A DNA stretch of 64,000 bases from Ramazzottius varieornatus (lineage: Eukaryota > Animalia > Tardigrada): assembly GCA_001949185.1 (NCBI GenBank), contig BDGG01000005.1, positions 2,767,972 through 2,831,971 on the forward strand. The letters are read 5' to 3'. The notes below the pieces were generated by a model that ran no database searches, was not told where the DNA came from, and worked only from the letters and a program-made list of their open reading frames with translations. This document shows positions 51,513 through 64,000 of this stretch, piece after piece. The translations under genes were made by a program, and so were the position numbers. Within the stretch, counting starts at the first letter, position 1; each line of letters starts with the position of its first letter.

Positions 51513-52580
51513 TCCGCAACGACAGCTCGTGCCCAAAAATCCCATGTTAGACCACCTGAAGTGGTTTGACATGGGATAACATGGGGTAAGTCTAATGCAA
51601 GGTTTATTAGTAAGCTCTGCAAGCATTACGTAATAGCCTCACACTGTATCGGCGGCAAGAATATGTAGCGTAATCTTTGTGCTGTGTTGCAGTGTTGGAC
51701 GTATGAAAACTAAACCGAAAATATCTTGTGTAATGGATCGAGCTGAACGCTTCAGCATGACAAGTTCGGTTTTGCAGAGCAAAGCAGATACTGCAGAGGT
51801 ACGAGGATCAGAGCCTTAATTTTTCAACCGGAATACTTTGCTAACTTAAACGCTGCAGGCGGCGCGGCCATGTGTCTGATTCTGCTGAACATTTATTACC
51901 GCCATATGGCGACCGACCAAGAGTTAGCAAAGTTTTCGCCGTCCCGACTTTCGATAGAAATGACGGCAGGTATCAACGTGCACCTACCACACAAGCAATT
52001 TATTTCTACTGTTGATGTCAAATGCGATGCCACATGCGATGACAATATGTTTTCGCTCGAAAGTTGGCAAAGTTTTCGCCGTTCTGACTTTGAATAGAAA
52101 CCAACCGTACAGTCTTGAGCACGCTGTGTAACGCCTGCGCGATTTCTGCTCGTTGGGTCATATATGTGGCTATCTAGATCAGCTGATTCTGAGCTGCATT
52201 ACGCCTTCTGCAGAAAGCGTGCTCCTTAATATCGCCAGCCATCTTCAAACGTTCTTGCTTCCTGAATTATATCCGCCTCAATCTGTCACCTATTTCCGTT
52301 TCAAGATACTTCAGACTGAAGCAAAGCGTTGGGACAGATTTGAAAATTAATTTGACAATTTTTAGTTGGAAGACTATCGAGAAAAATGTCAGACAAGTAC
52401 TCGCCAGTTCGGCAAGCTAGAAAAGTTAGGCTCTGATCCTCGTACTCATTACGATAAAAGTTATGGTATTAGTGCTAAACGAACGCAAATTTCTCTGTCC
52501 AAGAGGCTTGAGTTACGCAATCAAATCCGCGTCCGTTTGTTATTGGCAAGCACTTTAGGAAGTCCAATGGCATAATTTAC

Positions 52581-53099
52581 ATGCAGAGAATCGCATTTAT
52601 AGAGCTAAAAAGGTACACGTCATTTTTCGCATTATTCCCATTATTAATAATCGCTGTTTCGGGACTAAAGACTAATCTTTTTCCGGTGAAAGAAACGCGT
52701 TTCCCTGAGACTGCAAGCGAATACCGGGGAAATCTTATTAGCAACTTGTACACAGAGCGCTCCATCGACGTCTACTCGCTCATGGAGATCTTTGCCGTTA
52801 CCCCCGTCACTTCCGCAACAGGCGAACGTTTCTTCTCAAAGTTGAGGAGTGAGAAGAATTACTTTCGTTCACGTACGGGCAACGATCGCCTCAACGGACT
52901 CACCCTTACCAATTTCCATAAAGAGTACCGAATCGACCACAAACAAGTCGCACAAAGGTATCTCGAGCGACCACTCGGGGACTTGCCGCTGACTACGGAG
53001 CCAATACGCGAAGTTAACCTCGCGAACATGGAGGATGCGGATGAGATCGATCAACAAGGCCTGGATCCAGAATTTCATGCGTTGGATGCGGACGAGTAA
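52581..53099 (+). mobile_element. hAT transposase relic (ZMYM1/P52rIPK-like C-terminal dimerisation domain)
   Basis: EIFAVTPVTSATGERFFSKLRSEKNYFRSRTGNDRLNGLTL. Upstream sequence is broken by stops and frameshifts. Confidence 0.85.
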
Positions 53100-54699
53100 T
53101 ATCAAGATGTGCAATGCTTTCACTGATAAGCACGCTTTCATTATGGAAACAGCTCTTAAAAAATATCTACAGAATGGTATCGTTTCGGATTTCCATATTA
53201 TGTCCGATGATCACATAAGATTATTCCCCGTCCCTCTAATATCCAGACACATCAAATTCACAAGTCGATTAAAACATGATTTCCAGAACAAGAAGTTGTT
53301 ATTCGAATTCTCGTTATGGTATTGCGGGCAAACCAGGACTGAATAGAAACATCGTGAAACTCCGAGGAAACCTGCCAGAATCTTCCGAACTTGCATCTCG
53401 CTTGCGCTTACAGTTTTCGGCTAGTTCACTTTCAAATGTTGTTACAGCTACGTGCAAGAAAAAGACTGGTTTAGGTGTTGCCATTCGCGAACAAAGCTGA
53501 CCTTGCGTTCAGTGTGGCTTTGTTCACATCAAGCGGCTTTACTCTCTCGTTCAGTAACGACTACCTACATTCTCGAGGTTACGTTATGAGTGGGCGAGCG
53601 AGCACCGTGAACGTATAGTAAGACGAATTTCACGCTTCACCAGTCGACAAAATTTAGCCGGTCATTAAAGTGTAGTTAACCGTCAGATCGGCTCGATTCT
53701 TTTTTCCACACCTCAGGAACCATGTAATATCGACCTGCATCAAGACACCCGGAAAAATTTATGTTTTCTTCCCATTGGTCGGAAAAATGATGATGTATTT
53801 CCAGCTTACCTCTTCTGCACAAGAATTCAATCCTGCGAACTTATGCACACAGGCACATTGCGAGAAGAGCGGCGAGACAGGAATAGTGTGGTGAAACTGG
53901 AAAATTCAGTACAAAGACACCAAGCTGTGGTAGCCGCTTCCCAAAGCATGAAGGAGCTGGGAATGCGCCAGCTGATGGATTCGACACAATGACTTCGCAC
54001 TGACAAATACATTCCATTCACCCTCTCGCTACGCAGTACAATGTATTCGTTACCTCCTTCTTCCTGGACTTTGGACCTTGTCAAAGCCTACCGCCATTCT
54101 TCTCATTTTAGTCACAAATACCGCTCCCTGTGGCCAGCACGATACGAGCACGTTGTCTGCTCGCGCGCTGTGAGGCTGGCTGACATTGGTCTCCGCAGAT
54201 GGTGGGCTTTCCATCCCGCCGACGCGGTACACTACTACACTATAGAAGCCTATACCGTACGTACGTCTCCATCGCAAGGGTCTTCAAACACAAGCTGTAC
54301 AGCAAATCCCCCACCGCAGTAACGGTTACAGCCCGGAGAACCCAGTGGAGTGGTCTAGTAATTACGAGACCTTAGTCCGGGCTTAAGACGGTATCATTAC
54401 GCTGCGAGCATTGGGTAATAATACCGCGGAGCGGCAGGTGGCGCTGCTGCGCTCCGCTTCCCGGCTTCCGGTCCGTAAAAGCCCCGTCGCCCAGCATACT
54501 CAGCACGAACCTGTACTGGTCTTAACGTTAGACGAAATTTTTCGCTGGGCTTAATAATCCGCTTGTCGCTAGCCCGGGGTCTTCGGTTCAAAAACCTTAA
54601 AATTACTAACTTTTCGGATCAAAATATAACTTGCGGTCAACAAAGCAGCTGATTTTTGTTTTGATCTTTACCTTTGTATTTCGCAGTTTGCAGGTAACC

Positions 54700-56348
54700 A
54701 TGAATGGACATTGTCCGAAGCGTATTCGTTTCTCTGCCGAAAGCCCCATCAACAATACTGAAGATGAAGGGGTACAGGACATCGACATGAAAATGTCGTG
54801 GCCATCTATCAAGTACGAATCGGACTTCGAGGAATGCGAAAGAAGTGACTCTGGACTTCCGGTCGATAATTCCTGGAATAACGCCAAAGACGCGAAAGTT
54901 CCTCCTGTCGAACTCAAGGAACCTTCCAAGCTCGAACAAAAAGAATTAGAGGAGTGTGGGCGCGAAGAGATACAAAGCATCCCGAAAGACTTTGAATTCC
55001 GTCTTCAGGACATTTTGAATATTCTCCTGCAGGTTTGTCCAAATCAGCTTCCGCCGCAAAACATTATTTCGTGCGATGAGTGGTCGATGGCACAGCGGTC
55101 CTTGTTTCCGTCTTAGGAATTCATAACGTGTCAAGAGATCTGCATCTGCAAAATAAGCCAAAAGAGAGCGCGAGGACCGATCAAAGAGTATCTTTGTCTT
55201 TTGAAAACGCCTTCTCATAAATTTGCGAAAGATCACATTTCTTTTGGGCATTTTAGGATACTCGGACACAGATGGCATGGAGTAAGTACCGGCTCTCTTG
55301 TTTGAGCACCGATAGGAGTAGAGACTCGTATAGATTTTGTTGCAAGTTTCTTTTTGCAGGGAAAGCTTTTCCTCCTCTGTAAGCATCATTCCTTACGAGC
55401 TTACCCGGAATACCTGCAACCCTGCCAAGTAAACTGCGAGCTACGAAAGCAATACGCTAGATACCTGAAAGCTCATCAGAAATTACCTCCTGGGAAGGAA
55501 AAGTGGTGGGTTGATAAAAGCGTTGTCCGTTCATAAAAACGGGAGTTCTAAGACAGACTTGATAAGATTGTTTTCCCAAGTGGCGCACACTTCAGCCGAA
55601 AACACGCAAGGCGTGCGCCACCTGAAAAAGCATTCTTTTCGACGGTTTCCCATATGGCACATGTTTTCGGCCATCAGCATTGGAAGCATGTGCCACTTGA
55701 AAGAATGGTCTTGTCGAGTTGTTTGCTGAACCTTCAAAGGTTCTATGTTGATCACGTTTGATTTCAGGACCAAAGATAGTGAAAGTGTGATCAGGAATTT
55801 CCTTTGTCCTTCCCTGGATGCGGAACAGACCCGGATACAAGAAGAAATTTCCATGTATTTGACCACTGTGGATTGGGTGACGCAGAGTCAGCACGGGAAA
55901 ATCAGACTGACCAAAAACGACGTCGACGTTCATGAAGTCGGGCTGTGTCCCGGTCCCGTGCTCGTCACCAAAGAACAAGAGTTCTACGAGGTAGAACGAA
56001 TCATCGGCGCGAAGCTGCACGATGGAGAAACTCTGTTTTTCGTCAAATGGCGAGGCTGTAAGTCGTCTTTACCCTTTAGCAAGACCGTTTTCCCACATGA
56101 CTGTTCTTTTGTAGATCCTGATACCGACAGCACTTGGGAACCTCGATCTTCGCTGCAGATGTCTTGGGACGTCACAGACCAGTTTCAGCACAAATATGGG
56201 TTTGTTTCGCCGTTTCGATATTTGTAATTCTTTGGGCTAGGTATTCTGTCTTTGCAGGAAGCCAAATGCGACGCGACCTTCCGTGTTCTCAACCGAAGGA
56301 CTTAGGATTGAAAAGCTTCAACAGCGTGCTACCAGACGCAAATTGTGA
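54700..56348 (+). CDS. Chromodomain-containing protein (chromodomain near the C-terminus), multi-exon
   Basis: Spliced EFYEVERIIGAKLHDGETLFFVKWRG|YPDTDSTWEPRSSL; acidic N-terminal exon. Middle exons are less certain. Confidence 0.75.
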
Positions 56349-57016
56349 TATTGTTTGCGTACTGTTAATGATATTGTTTTTCTTTTATGTAGTTTGTCTT
56401 GCCAAACTTCTTGTTATCTTTGAACTCCATGCTGTTTCTTGTTTGATCTTACCTTGTCGTCATGATTTTGATAATGTTTTCCTCTGTTGTTGCTCAATTG
56501 TTTCATCTTTCGATCGTCGCGTGCTAACTTAATTAACTTCTGTTGGCATTTGTACATTTCTGTGTCTCTTCAAGGGTAAATGAAATTAGTGGGACGTGCT
56601 AGAAATGCCGGAAGATTTTGCGGTAGGCCGGTAGTATTGGGAATTTTCAATCTCGATGAGCGACCGTAAGCGTAACATACGGAAAAAGCAAACATTTGGA
56701 GATTGAAACGCGGTTATCGAGACTCGTCCGTGTTCGCGGACTGGAGCTACCATGGTACAGCGAAATTTTGGTGTCGCCTCTGGCGCCCGCGGGACAGTAT
56801 AAAATCGCACCTAGGAGGTTGGGCACGGCCTTGATGAGTTATTTTCGACCTTTCCTCCGAATTTGAAACTGCAGCACAATTATTTTTCCTTCCGAATTTC
56901 CTATCTTTGCAGGTTCCGGTTTGTGAAGCTCCGTCACAGGCAAGACTGAACCGAAACCGTATGATGGACATCGGATACTGATGTTGGAAGAAGAAGCTGG
57001 CAGCTGTGACCCGACA

Positions 57017-57382
57017 ATGGGACTGGGTGTTGTCGCCAGAACTTTCGCCTATCTGTATCTGTGCTACTTTGGTGCCGCTGTGGCTCATCACTTTTATGGA
57101 TTCGATGACAGGGATATTAGTTACCGTACGAGTGTGCCAAAGAGGTTAAATGACGGAACACTCAAGCCAGAAGATTTGGATGAACGCGGCCGACCGCCAC
57201 CAGAGCCGGGCGCGGACGTGAAAGTGGTGAAGAATTTCTTCAGAACTCTGTTTTCTCGCCCGGAGGGCCCCATCATGCCTTGGATCAGAGGCGAACGAGC
57301 TTGGGCCGATTTCCCGGATAATTATGAGGAACCGCAGGAAAATTACTTGAGAGCGCATCCTGACTTTGTCCCAAAGAAATGA
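57017..57382 (+). CDS. Small single-pass membrane protein, weakly BRAWNIN/UQCC6-like
   Basis: Intronless ORF; N-terminal hydrophobic segment ending FGAAVAHHFYG; AATAAA at about 57561. Confidence 0.5.
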   Translation: MGLGVVARTFAYLYLCYFGAAVAHHFYGFDDRDISYRTSVPKRLNDGTLKPEDLDERGRPPPEPGADVKVVKNFFRTLFSRPEGPIMPWIRGERAWADFPDNYEEPQENYLRAHPDFVPKK

Positions 57383-57860
57383 AAATAGTTGCTGTTTCAT
57401 TGTTGTGTTCCACTGCTTCTGGCGATCATATCCCTGGCAGATGCTTTGCCGTGGTTGTTTTCCTTGCTAGAGTTTAAATTTTATCTGTTGCAAAGTTATG
57501 AACGGACATCGCGAGGGCGTTGTCACGAACGAGGGACAGCTGTTTTAGTAAAACTATTCGAATAAAAGTTTTGTGGGTTGATTACACTTGACGTTGACTG
57601 ACTACGCAGCAGGCAGCCCCTAAGCAAGGATTTTCTCCCTGGGTTTCCATCCTTGTTTGACCTTTTCCGTCTCATGCCCCTGGGTTCGACGAAGGGCGTC
57701 GGAGGCCCGCCCAGTGCCCTCCTGCTCGTGGTCGAAAAGAATTCTGATGCTGTTTTTCTGCAACTTCTTTCGTGCTGATGCTCACCGTCATTCTCGATCT
57801 CCGTCTCCTTTCCATTTCTTTCTGTTATTGTCAGATCTTTGCTGGATCCTTATCTTCACA

Positions 57861-58804
57861 ATGGCTAGTCGGAAGATCAAGGGAGCGGCCGGAGGAAAGA
57901 AGAGGGCTCAACGCGCGACCAGCAATGTCTTCGCCATGTTTGATCAAGCGCAGATCCAAGAATTCAAAGAAGCTTTCAACATGATTGATCAGAATCGGGA
58001 TGGCTTTGTCGACAAGGAGGACCTTCATGATATGCTGGCTTCGATGGGTAAGTGAAAATTCGCGGGGGATTCTTGAATTTCTGGTGGAACCTCGTGCAGT
58101 GCTTTGTTGCATGTTTCTTATGGCTGTTACGACTTGCGAGAAGTGTTTGCATGTAGCTGATGCACTCGGTTGCGCATGCGGAGCTGAGTAACGTTGTTTT
58201 GGGTCGCGCATATCGTTGCGGAAGTGCATCGCGCACCTGCATACAAATTTTCGTATAGGCGCCGTTCCACAGCGATGATGCATGGGAAATGAGTTACAGT
58301 AAATGACTCATTCAGTTCATGGCTGCTATCTGAAACGAGCGTTTTTTTATTTACCTTCCACTCTGACTGCCATTGTTCATTCTTTGTGTTTTTACAGGTA
58401 AGAATCCCACGGAAGAATACTTGGACAAGATGATTGGGCAAGCGCCAGGTCCCATCAACTTCACCATGTTTCTGACGTTGTTTGGCGAGCGTCTACAAGG
58501 AACTGACCCAGAAGATGTCATCAAGAACGCTTTTGGCTGTTTTGACGAAGACGGCACAGGTATGAATAACTCGATATCTGACCCGATTACACATCACACA
58601 TTGGCTATTTTAACCGTAGGTCGGATCAATGAGGAAAGATTAAGAGAACTGCTGATGACGATGGGTGATCGCTTCACCGAAGAGCAGGTTGACGAAATGT
58701 TCAGAGAGGCACCCATAAGAGATGGCCTCTTTGACTATCAAGAGTTCACCAGGATCATCAAGCATGGGGCCAAACAAGCGGAAGAAGACCCCAATCGGAT
58801 TTAG
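57861..58804 (+). CDS. sqh: Non-muscle myosin II regulatory light chain; exons 57861-58047, 58398-58559, 58620-58804
   Basis: [76 protein letters not shown]. Confidence 0.97.
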
Positions 58805-59271
58805 GGAAGAATATCAAAAAGAAATCTCCCGCACTGAAGCTCATAGCAGCTTTTTACCCTTCCCATTCGACATGGAAACTGGTAAATCCCTATCGAACAT
58901 TCGATTCTCCCACTTCGTAAAAGAAGCCCTTAACCGTTTGCGAGGGCGCGCCTTCCTTTAGTTTACATACCGTGTTTTTTATCCGTTTATTACTTTATGT
59001 GACTTTTTGTGTAATGTGCAATAGAGTTGCTTCGCTTCGAAGCTGATGATTGCCATTCCCAAGTCCGAACAGGCAATAAGCTTCCACATAATTCCGAGTG
59101 ATTAACTTTGGCCTTCTACACGTTTTTGTACCACCGCGGAAACAAATTACATACGATATAAAGTTAATTCTGTAAATTAGTGGATATCATAATCGGGAAA
59201 AATGTCGTTTCACAAACACCAAATTACAGTTTAAATTCCACTGCACAAAAATAAGTGGAATATCCGAACAG

Positions 59272-62200
59272 CTAGCTTACAGAGTTCGTCTGAACTTTTC
59301 CAGGAATAACGGAAGAAAACGTCTTGGTGGAAAAGTCAAAAACTCTAACTATTCTTTGTCCTTCGCCGTTTTCAGGCTGTCTTTGTAGTACTTTCCCTTT
59401 CTTCTCGACAATGAATGTAGAAAGGAGGTTCTCGTACGAAGTTTTCAGGAGAGGCACCAAATCAGGATTCAAAGACTACGAGAAAAAAACGTGAAGAATT
59501 AGGAAACCCGAAATGAACGGCAAAGTCGAAAATTAACTCGCAGCTCGATAAAAAAAACTCGGCAGGATCGTTCCTTCAACTGGCGCGAGCTTCCAGCCAA
59601 CACCACATGAAACATGCGCCACTTAAGACGTCAATGTTGCCGAGTGCTCTTCCGAGGTCCCGGTTCACGGAATCTCAATGTACTTACAAAGACTTTACTC
59701 AGCGCTTTGGTCATTATCAAACTGCGGCGTTTCAACTGGAACTTGCGCAACATTTGTGTTCGCCGCAACACCAACTGAAAATAAAAATATTACTATTATC
59801 GTCAAGAATCTTTCTTGACGATAATCTACCTAATGATCTGCCTGTATACAGGTTATCCATTCAAGTTGGAACGCTTTTGGACTTGAGTAAAAACATTGAG
59901 TACTAGTGCTTTCTTCGATAACTGGTTCCCAGATACGTCTAACTATCAAAAACATTGTGTAAAAATCTTGTCGAGGTGTCGTGCTCCAGAGGAGCCCAGC
60001 GCTGAAGACGTGGACTAGGTGGAAATCAAAAAGTTTTCGCAAAACCAACATGCATTGCACCTTAGGCTGGTTTATTCTCGTGCGAAACGTATCAGAACAA
60101 TGTCGCTGATGCTGTTCTGTTGGCAAAAACCTTCTAAGTATATTAAAAAAAAATATCGCTCACAAGTTCGTGCACATGGTTGGATCTGTGAGCAACAATA
60201 TTGTTGCTAACTCAGGGGGTAAGCAAAATTTTCGGCGTATGTTTTGAATTATTTTTCTCCGTTCCCAGCATATCATAGCCCTCTGTTTGTTCTTTAATAA
60301 TCAGTCCAAACGCACTTCTTTCATAAAACAATTTTGTGAGGAATCATAGTAGTTTTGCGCTCCAGATGTATAGATAATTTAACTGAGGTTCTCACTTTTT
60401 TGCCCGTAAAACGCATGGTTTTCAGTAGCACACACCAACCAAACGGTCAATGTTTTGTTGAGAAGACCTTCACAAAAAGACAAAAACATGCTCTATCGAA
60501 TGAGTTGAAGTTGGGAAATGTACAGCTAGAAGCGACTTTATTACACATTTTCAAAATCGCTCCAACTTATAGGGATCCCCTCTACACCAATCTGCAGATC
60601 CGCAGATAGGGTTTCATTATGCAAATGGTTGTAAACAGAGCAAAACTTACGTTCTGGACTTTGTTCTCGCGCGCTTTGCGGAACTTCTTCGTTTCCTCCT
60701 CGCTCCTCTGGCATCGTCTCGTCGGTGGTGGTTGGTTCCACCACAGAAGTCTCTGTTGCACTTGCTTCAGTTGTGTCAGTTGGGACTCGATCAAGGATGG
60801 TGACTGTGCCGGAGGCTGAAGCAGCGGCATTTACTTCACCGTCCACACTCGTACTCGGTGCAGTATCGGTACTTGCAGCCTTCTTAATTTCAGCTAATTT
60901 TTCAGTCAGGCTTTTCTCACGTACCGGGTACGTCAGCAGGGCAACCTTGGGCTTTTGCTGCTGTTGCTGAAGCAAAACCTAGAATAATATCCCACTTTTG
61001 GATTGCTCCACTCATTTTACCATTTTTCCAAACTTTTTTCCGACGATTATACTACGAGGTCTCTGACGATCGTCGTCAATTTTCTACAGTTTTATTCTGT
61101 TCTGCAAAGTTGATTTACCGACGATCGGAGCTCGGCAAATGAGCCCGATCAGATAATCCCAAACGTTTGTTTCAAGTGACGCACGTTTCCACTCATGCTG
61201 GCTGAACGCGTGCGCCGCTTGGAAATTAATCTGCTCGCATGTGCGTGCCAAGCTCCGAAATGTTTCGACCGTACACTTGGGCATAATTTGTCGCTCGAAG
61301 GTCTATGGATTTTTACGAGAATATTGACAGGTTTCTGGTCGTTACCTTCTGAGATTTGACGGTGGAAGTGATGATTTTCGGAGCGATAGTTTTCGGCTTT
61401 ATATGCATCGCGGCCTGTCTCGCTTTCTGGTCGGCCACAGTACCGAAGAATGCGCCGATCAGCTCAGCGACGTCTGTATCGTCGTCTACTTCTAGCCGAA
61501 CAGGAACAAAGTCCCCAGGGGCACTGGAGATCTGCGACTTGGTCAAGGACTGGATAGCCGCGCGAAGACGCGCTACCGCCTCAGCTTTCGGCGGCTTTAA
61601 GGGCTTCCTCAGTGCACTGCCGCCCTTCGCTACCACTTTCTGCTTCTGGAAACATCGGTACATCGAACCACTTCACTACAAATTTCGATACAAGCATGTC
61701 CTACCTGCTCCATGACGGTGTACCAAGCCCGAGCATCTTTGATAATCTCGAGATGACCGATGCCACTTTCCGGTTCCCAACTGTCGTGTTCCCTGCAGAG
61801 TTCACAAACGAAGATTAGCCATCAACTTAAATAAAGACACAGAAAAATGGTCTTACGGTCCGTAGCCTTCCCAGCGAATAAGGAATTCCAAGTTGGGTGG
61901 TTTTCCTCGGATCTGCAAGACTTGGCTGATGACATACTCTTCGTCCGCTTCGCCTGCGTCTTCAGCTTCAGCTTCCTCTTCCTCCTCCACTCGTGCCTTC
62001 TTCTTCGGTCGACCTCTCTTTTTACCTGAAGCAGTTGTGGATCCTCCAGAACCAGCGGCTGAACCTGTTGGAAAAACCACATCTCGGTAAGCGGGACTGA
62101 GGCAAACAAATTCGACTAGATCGTTCGCCCAAGTGACGCACATTTTCAGCTAATAACATCAAACACTTGCGCCACTTGAAAAAAACATCTGGACAAAGTC

Positions 62201-62683
62201 TTTACTCCAAGTGGCGCACGCCTCCAGCCAATGACACCGTACACGTGTGTCACTTGGTACAACAATCCTGTCGAGACTGTTTGCCGGGCAAGTCACAAAA
62301 AATCGGCAAGCGAAAAAACCCGAAGTAAATCCCTACAGACTGTCGAATATTTTTTCCGCTTGTGTTGGCATAGGAGCATTAAATACGAGACTTGCCTAAG
62401 GAAGCGTCGCTGGGTGGATTTTTCGGCCGACCACGTTTTCGGCCGCCATTCAAGTAAGCAATCACCACGTCCATGTGTTGCACGTGCGCTTCTTGCTCCC
62501 ATGTAGCTTCGCTCCTGTGAACCAACCTCAGACTTACTCGACCCCAAAGCAGCTACAGAGGGAGATAACTTACTCTGGTTTGCCCACCCATTTTATCAGA
62601 AACTCGCGGTAGGGCGCCTTCATCCCATTGTTGCCCAGAACAGCTTCAGCAACTGGCGTGTCCGGAACATCTCCTGGATCCAT
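59272..62683 (-). CDS. Protein with two chromodomains and two AT-hooks; 3' exons uncertain
   Basis: CD1 REFLIKWVGKPE|SEATWEQEAHV; AT-hooks RKRGRPKN and KKRGRPKK; CD2 EEYVISQVL..EFLIRWEGYGP|EHDSWEPESGI. Confidence 0.7.
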
Positions 62684-64000
62684 TCTCGAAGCTGTCTTCT
62701 GGAAGAATACGTAGGATGCAAAGCACAAGGACAGTAGCGGTTTAGCAAAAGTCCGCCGGATTTATGGAGATGTCGAGGAATCAAGTCCAAGGAGAATCAA
62801 CATGGCCGAAAGAATCGAAAAAACTTCCAAAAACAATCGCGAAAACTGCCTCACTCGAAAACTTTCACCCCAGGGGCGATTTTGACCGGACCAGCGGACC
62901 ATGAGTCGGCTAGGGCCGGAAATGGTGGAAAACGACCACCCTAAATGGCTGATATACAAGAGGTGGAAATTCCCATCCTGGAAGAACAGGGTGGGAACGG
63001 CAGGATGGAAAAGCTGGGAGCAAGTGAAAGGGTGGGATTACCGGTATTCCGTGACATCAAACCCGGCAATCACGAGTTTTGAAAGTTTCTGATGTATGTT
63101 TCAAGGGTTCCCAGTTAAATACCTCATTTGTAATCCTATAGAGTAGTATTCCTCCAAATCTCGGCCATACACCGTCAGCTCGTACAATCTCGACATGCCA
63201 CGCGGAGAACTCCATCACATCAGTGCATCGAAACTGATAAAAGACATCAGTCCGACGGTTGCACTTACCGGGATTACCTAGGGCGGTGCTGCAATGGGTA
63301 AAATGCATACCGGTTCAAAAATTCTATTAGCAGTTGTATCGACAAGGCCACAGTATGCCTCTGTGTCTTACTAATAGATAAACTATTCAAAATGTTAGCC
63401 GGTGGTCTGTATTTTGAACACAGTACAGTAACCCACGGCGATTCAAAGATACTGAATCCTTTCTAAATTTTCGCTGCTCCGATTACGCAAGGACAGTTGC
63501 AGTATTTCCGTAGTCATATTTTCGTTCAGGAGCAGTTATCAGACGAGGTTCATTGCAGGACGATACGCACCATCGCAACCAAGTAGATCTAGGTATCACC
63601 GCTTCGTGACTCGACACCGACCGCGGCTTTCATTTACTGATCGCATCAGAAGCTTCGCTTTAGTACTGGCGCGACGTCGGGTCACTCTGTCCACAAGATC
63701 GACATTAGCATAAAACCGTCGTACTGTCTTACATTCTTTTGGCTGGCGATTCGTGGTCAATTTTCGGGTTTGGTTGGTCTAGCAAACCACCAGGCGCAAA
63801 TGCGGGAAAAGTTAAATGTAGTGCTTTTCTGCTCCTGCGGCTGGTAGTGTTGTCTGTGCTTTTTGTGGTAGATCAGTTCGTCGTGCAGCGGATTGTACTG
63901 CCTGGTCAAACAGTTCACTATACAATCAGTGATGACTCGGGACTGGCTTACCGTGTCAAGCATCCATTGTTCGATCTCGTTTTTGTTAAGTGTATTTGAG

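Noticed and set aside
49620-54480. 17-bp inverted match (15/17) as possible ends of a large hAT element
   Set aside because: No TSD or terminal TIR is visible. Both copies centre on CCGGAAG in likely promoter regions.
1-64000. CRISPR arrays, tRNA genes, prokaryotic operons
   Set aside because: The sequence is eukaryotic with introns. No regularly spaced direct repeats and no convincing cloverleaf with A/B boxes were seen.

Overview
Compact, intron-rich animal genomic DNA. Introns are mostly short and GT-AG, and GC content is moderate. The gene density and content suggest an ecdysozoan, possibly a tardigrade, but this is inference only. Genes from left to right: 3' end of a laminin alpha (LG domains); a 2OG-Fe(II) dioxygenase; an F-box relic; a TRIM-NHL gene (nhl-1/thin type) with a probable alternative last exon; a solitary 5S rRNA; RPL7; two tandem paralogues that look like Arf/Arl-derived pseudo-GTPases (one truncated by a TA-flanked MITE); a gustatory receptor; an adhesion GPCR; a 5'-truncated DHRS11-like SDR; an F-box gene; a divergent IFT172; LIPT2; an EXD3/mut-7 exonuclease whose 5' side is a cluster of hAT elements; two chromodomain genes; a small membrane protein; and the myosin regulatory light chain. 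The most notable observations are: (1) antisense segments just after the nhl-1 stop codon that can pair in nested order with NHL coding motifs, upstream of an NHL-less alternative terminal exon; (2) a multi-hairpin element of about 220 nt upstream of the 5S gene; (3) the tandem Arf-like pseudo-GTPases; (4) a dispersed family of palindromic units of about 70 bp with an AAGTGGCGCA core. All exon models were built by eye and coordinates may be off by a few bases.
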